A stretch of DNA of 62,412 nucleotides, the filler included, from Pirum gemmata (lineage: Eukaryota), in NCBI GenBank assembly GCA_002812295.1. It is 17 parts of 17 records of this genome, joined end to end, with 100 filler letters (N's around TTAATTAATTAA, not from the genome) between each part and the next. Parts side by side here need not be neighbours in the genome. Positions count along the whole stretch, not along the records: positions 59,012 to 62,412 come from PDIN01002633.1; 16 more parts are not named here. One strand, 5' to 3'. The notes under the pieces are model-generated. The model made no database searches and was not told the origin of the DNA. It was given only the letters and a program-made list of their open reading frames with translations. A program made the translations under genes and the position numbers. This document shows, in pieces, positions 60,994 to 62,412 of the stretch; the first letter of the stretch is position 1; the number at the start of each line of letters is the position of its first letter.

Positions 60994-62412
60994 TATGATA
61001 CAGTAGCTAGGAGTAGCTACTGTGGCTAGCTACTAGCTAGCTAGCTAGTATGATAGCTAAAACTGTAATGATCTGCATGTGACAATACCAAAAAAAGAAG
61101 CCTTGCTGTCATACTACGGTATCTACTCTACTGCTATTATCAAAAAAAGAACCTTTTTTTGAAGTCCTTGTGATTTATTATAAATCTTACTATTATTATT
61201 AAAAAATTATTATTATTATAGTTGTGATAATAGAAGTGTTGATAATAGTATCATATATGATTCATAGACTAAATGGGCTAGCATTAATTAAACTAACTAG
61301 ACCCCGGTCTTTTGTGCTTTACATTTATTTTTTCACTCTGAATAGTTATGCATATTTATTTGGTGGTTTATAACCTTTAAATTGACACTTTTAAACAGAT
61401 GATAAAATATACTAAATTAAATAAAATGGATTTATATTGAATAAAATGGACTTATATTGTATTAATTTGGCACTCTGAAAAGCACTACCGGTATACTATT
61501 AGGACTATATTAGCTATCATAACTATCATATCTACTAGCTATAGCTAGACTACTACTCTAGTAGTAGACCTAGTCTAGTAGACCTAGTAGCTTTCAATTT
61601 CTTTAGTTATGATAGGGGACGTTCATAAAGGACGTCGCTTATTATTGCATAGAAGTCATTGCTCGAAAGTGTGACTTAAACTGTTTTAGGCAGTAATTGG
61701 TTATTGAAATGAACTTTAAAATTATGACCAAAAGTGTTTTGGGGAAAGAGGCATAGGTAAGATTAGGTGACGTCCTTTATTTATGGATGATACTTTACGT
61801 AGAGAAACGAAAAGCTACTGATACCTACTAAGCTAGTTAGCTATTGATTCATACTAAACCTCGTCCTATATAATATTATTATACTATTGTTATTGCTTGT
61901 TATTATCATACGATTTAATGATATTGTTGTTGTTGAATATTGCTGTTAAAATTAAAAAAGACTGCCATTGTTGACAGTAGTATCGATAGTGGTAGTAGTA
62001 CAGCTTTTATTATCACCGATATAATAATAAGAGTTATAAGACACAGACACTGGAACTGCTAAGTGCTGACTGGAACTGATTGAAATTTGAAACTCATGAT
62101 TTGATCATTTCGATTTTTTCTTTTTCAAAATTTTCAGCTGTTTTTAAAAATTATTTTCATATTTTTCACAAGCTAGTTTTCACAGAACTTTTTTTTTGGT
62201 GCTTTTCAAGACTTTTTCAAGTTTTGGGATACCACTTTTATTTTCGGGCCAATCAAATTAGTAGCTAGTATATTAGCCTAGTATGTATCTAAAATAATAT
62301 CATAAATAATATGGATAAGGGTGTAACCTGGGTGTTAGGGTTTATTAACAGTGTTTAACTAATAGGGCTTAGGGACTTAGGGTTAGGGTCAGGGTTAGGG
62401 TCAGGGTTAGGG

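Overview
Very AT-rich eukaryotic nuclear DNA (spliceosomal GT-AG introns, TTAGGG repeats, homopolymer and trinucleotide tracts). The window is not contiguous: it is 17 short contigs, most about 3.4 kb, joined by 16 artificial 100-bp spacers (N44-TTAATTAATTAA-N44), so neighbourhood across spacers means nothing. Gene content (ELAV, calponin/transgelin, IAH1, VWA-EGF receptor) suggests a unicellular opisthokont/holozoan-like protist; this is inference only. Recognisable genes: a 3-RRM ELAV/Hu protein, the last exon of an IAH1-like esterase, a G8/beta-helix surface protein, a calponin-family first exon, an HxxxDG acyltransferase-like gene, a Dicer-type helicase plus DUF283-like domain with no RNase III, a VWA-TSP1-EGF adhesin with a TRAP-like transmembrane segment and NPxF tail, a PH-domain protein and several orphan secreted or membrane proteins. 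Intergenic DNA is packed with at least nine MITE-like families, interstitial telomeric arrays and TA-bounded palindromic words that look like excision footprints. The most unusual locus (24.7-27.6 kb) is a decayed piggyBac-like transposase with a YqaJ/lambda-exonuclease-like domain upstream of its third catalytic motif. It is interrupted by a tandem 156-bp unit made of a tRNA-like cloverleaf inside ~40-bp inverted repeats and ends in two GGG-TTAA termini.
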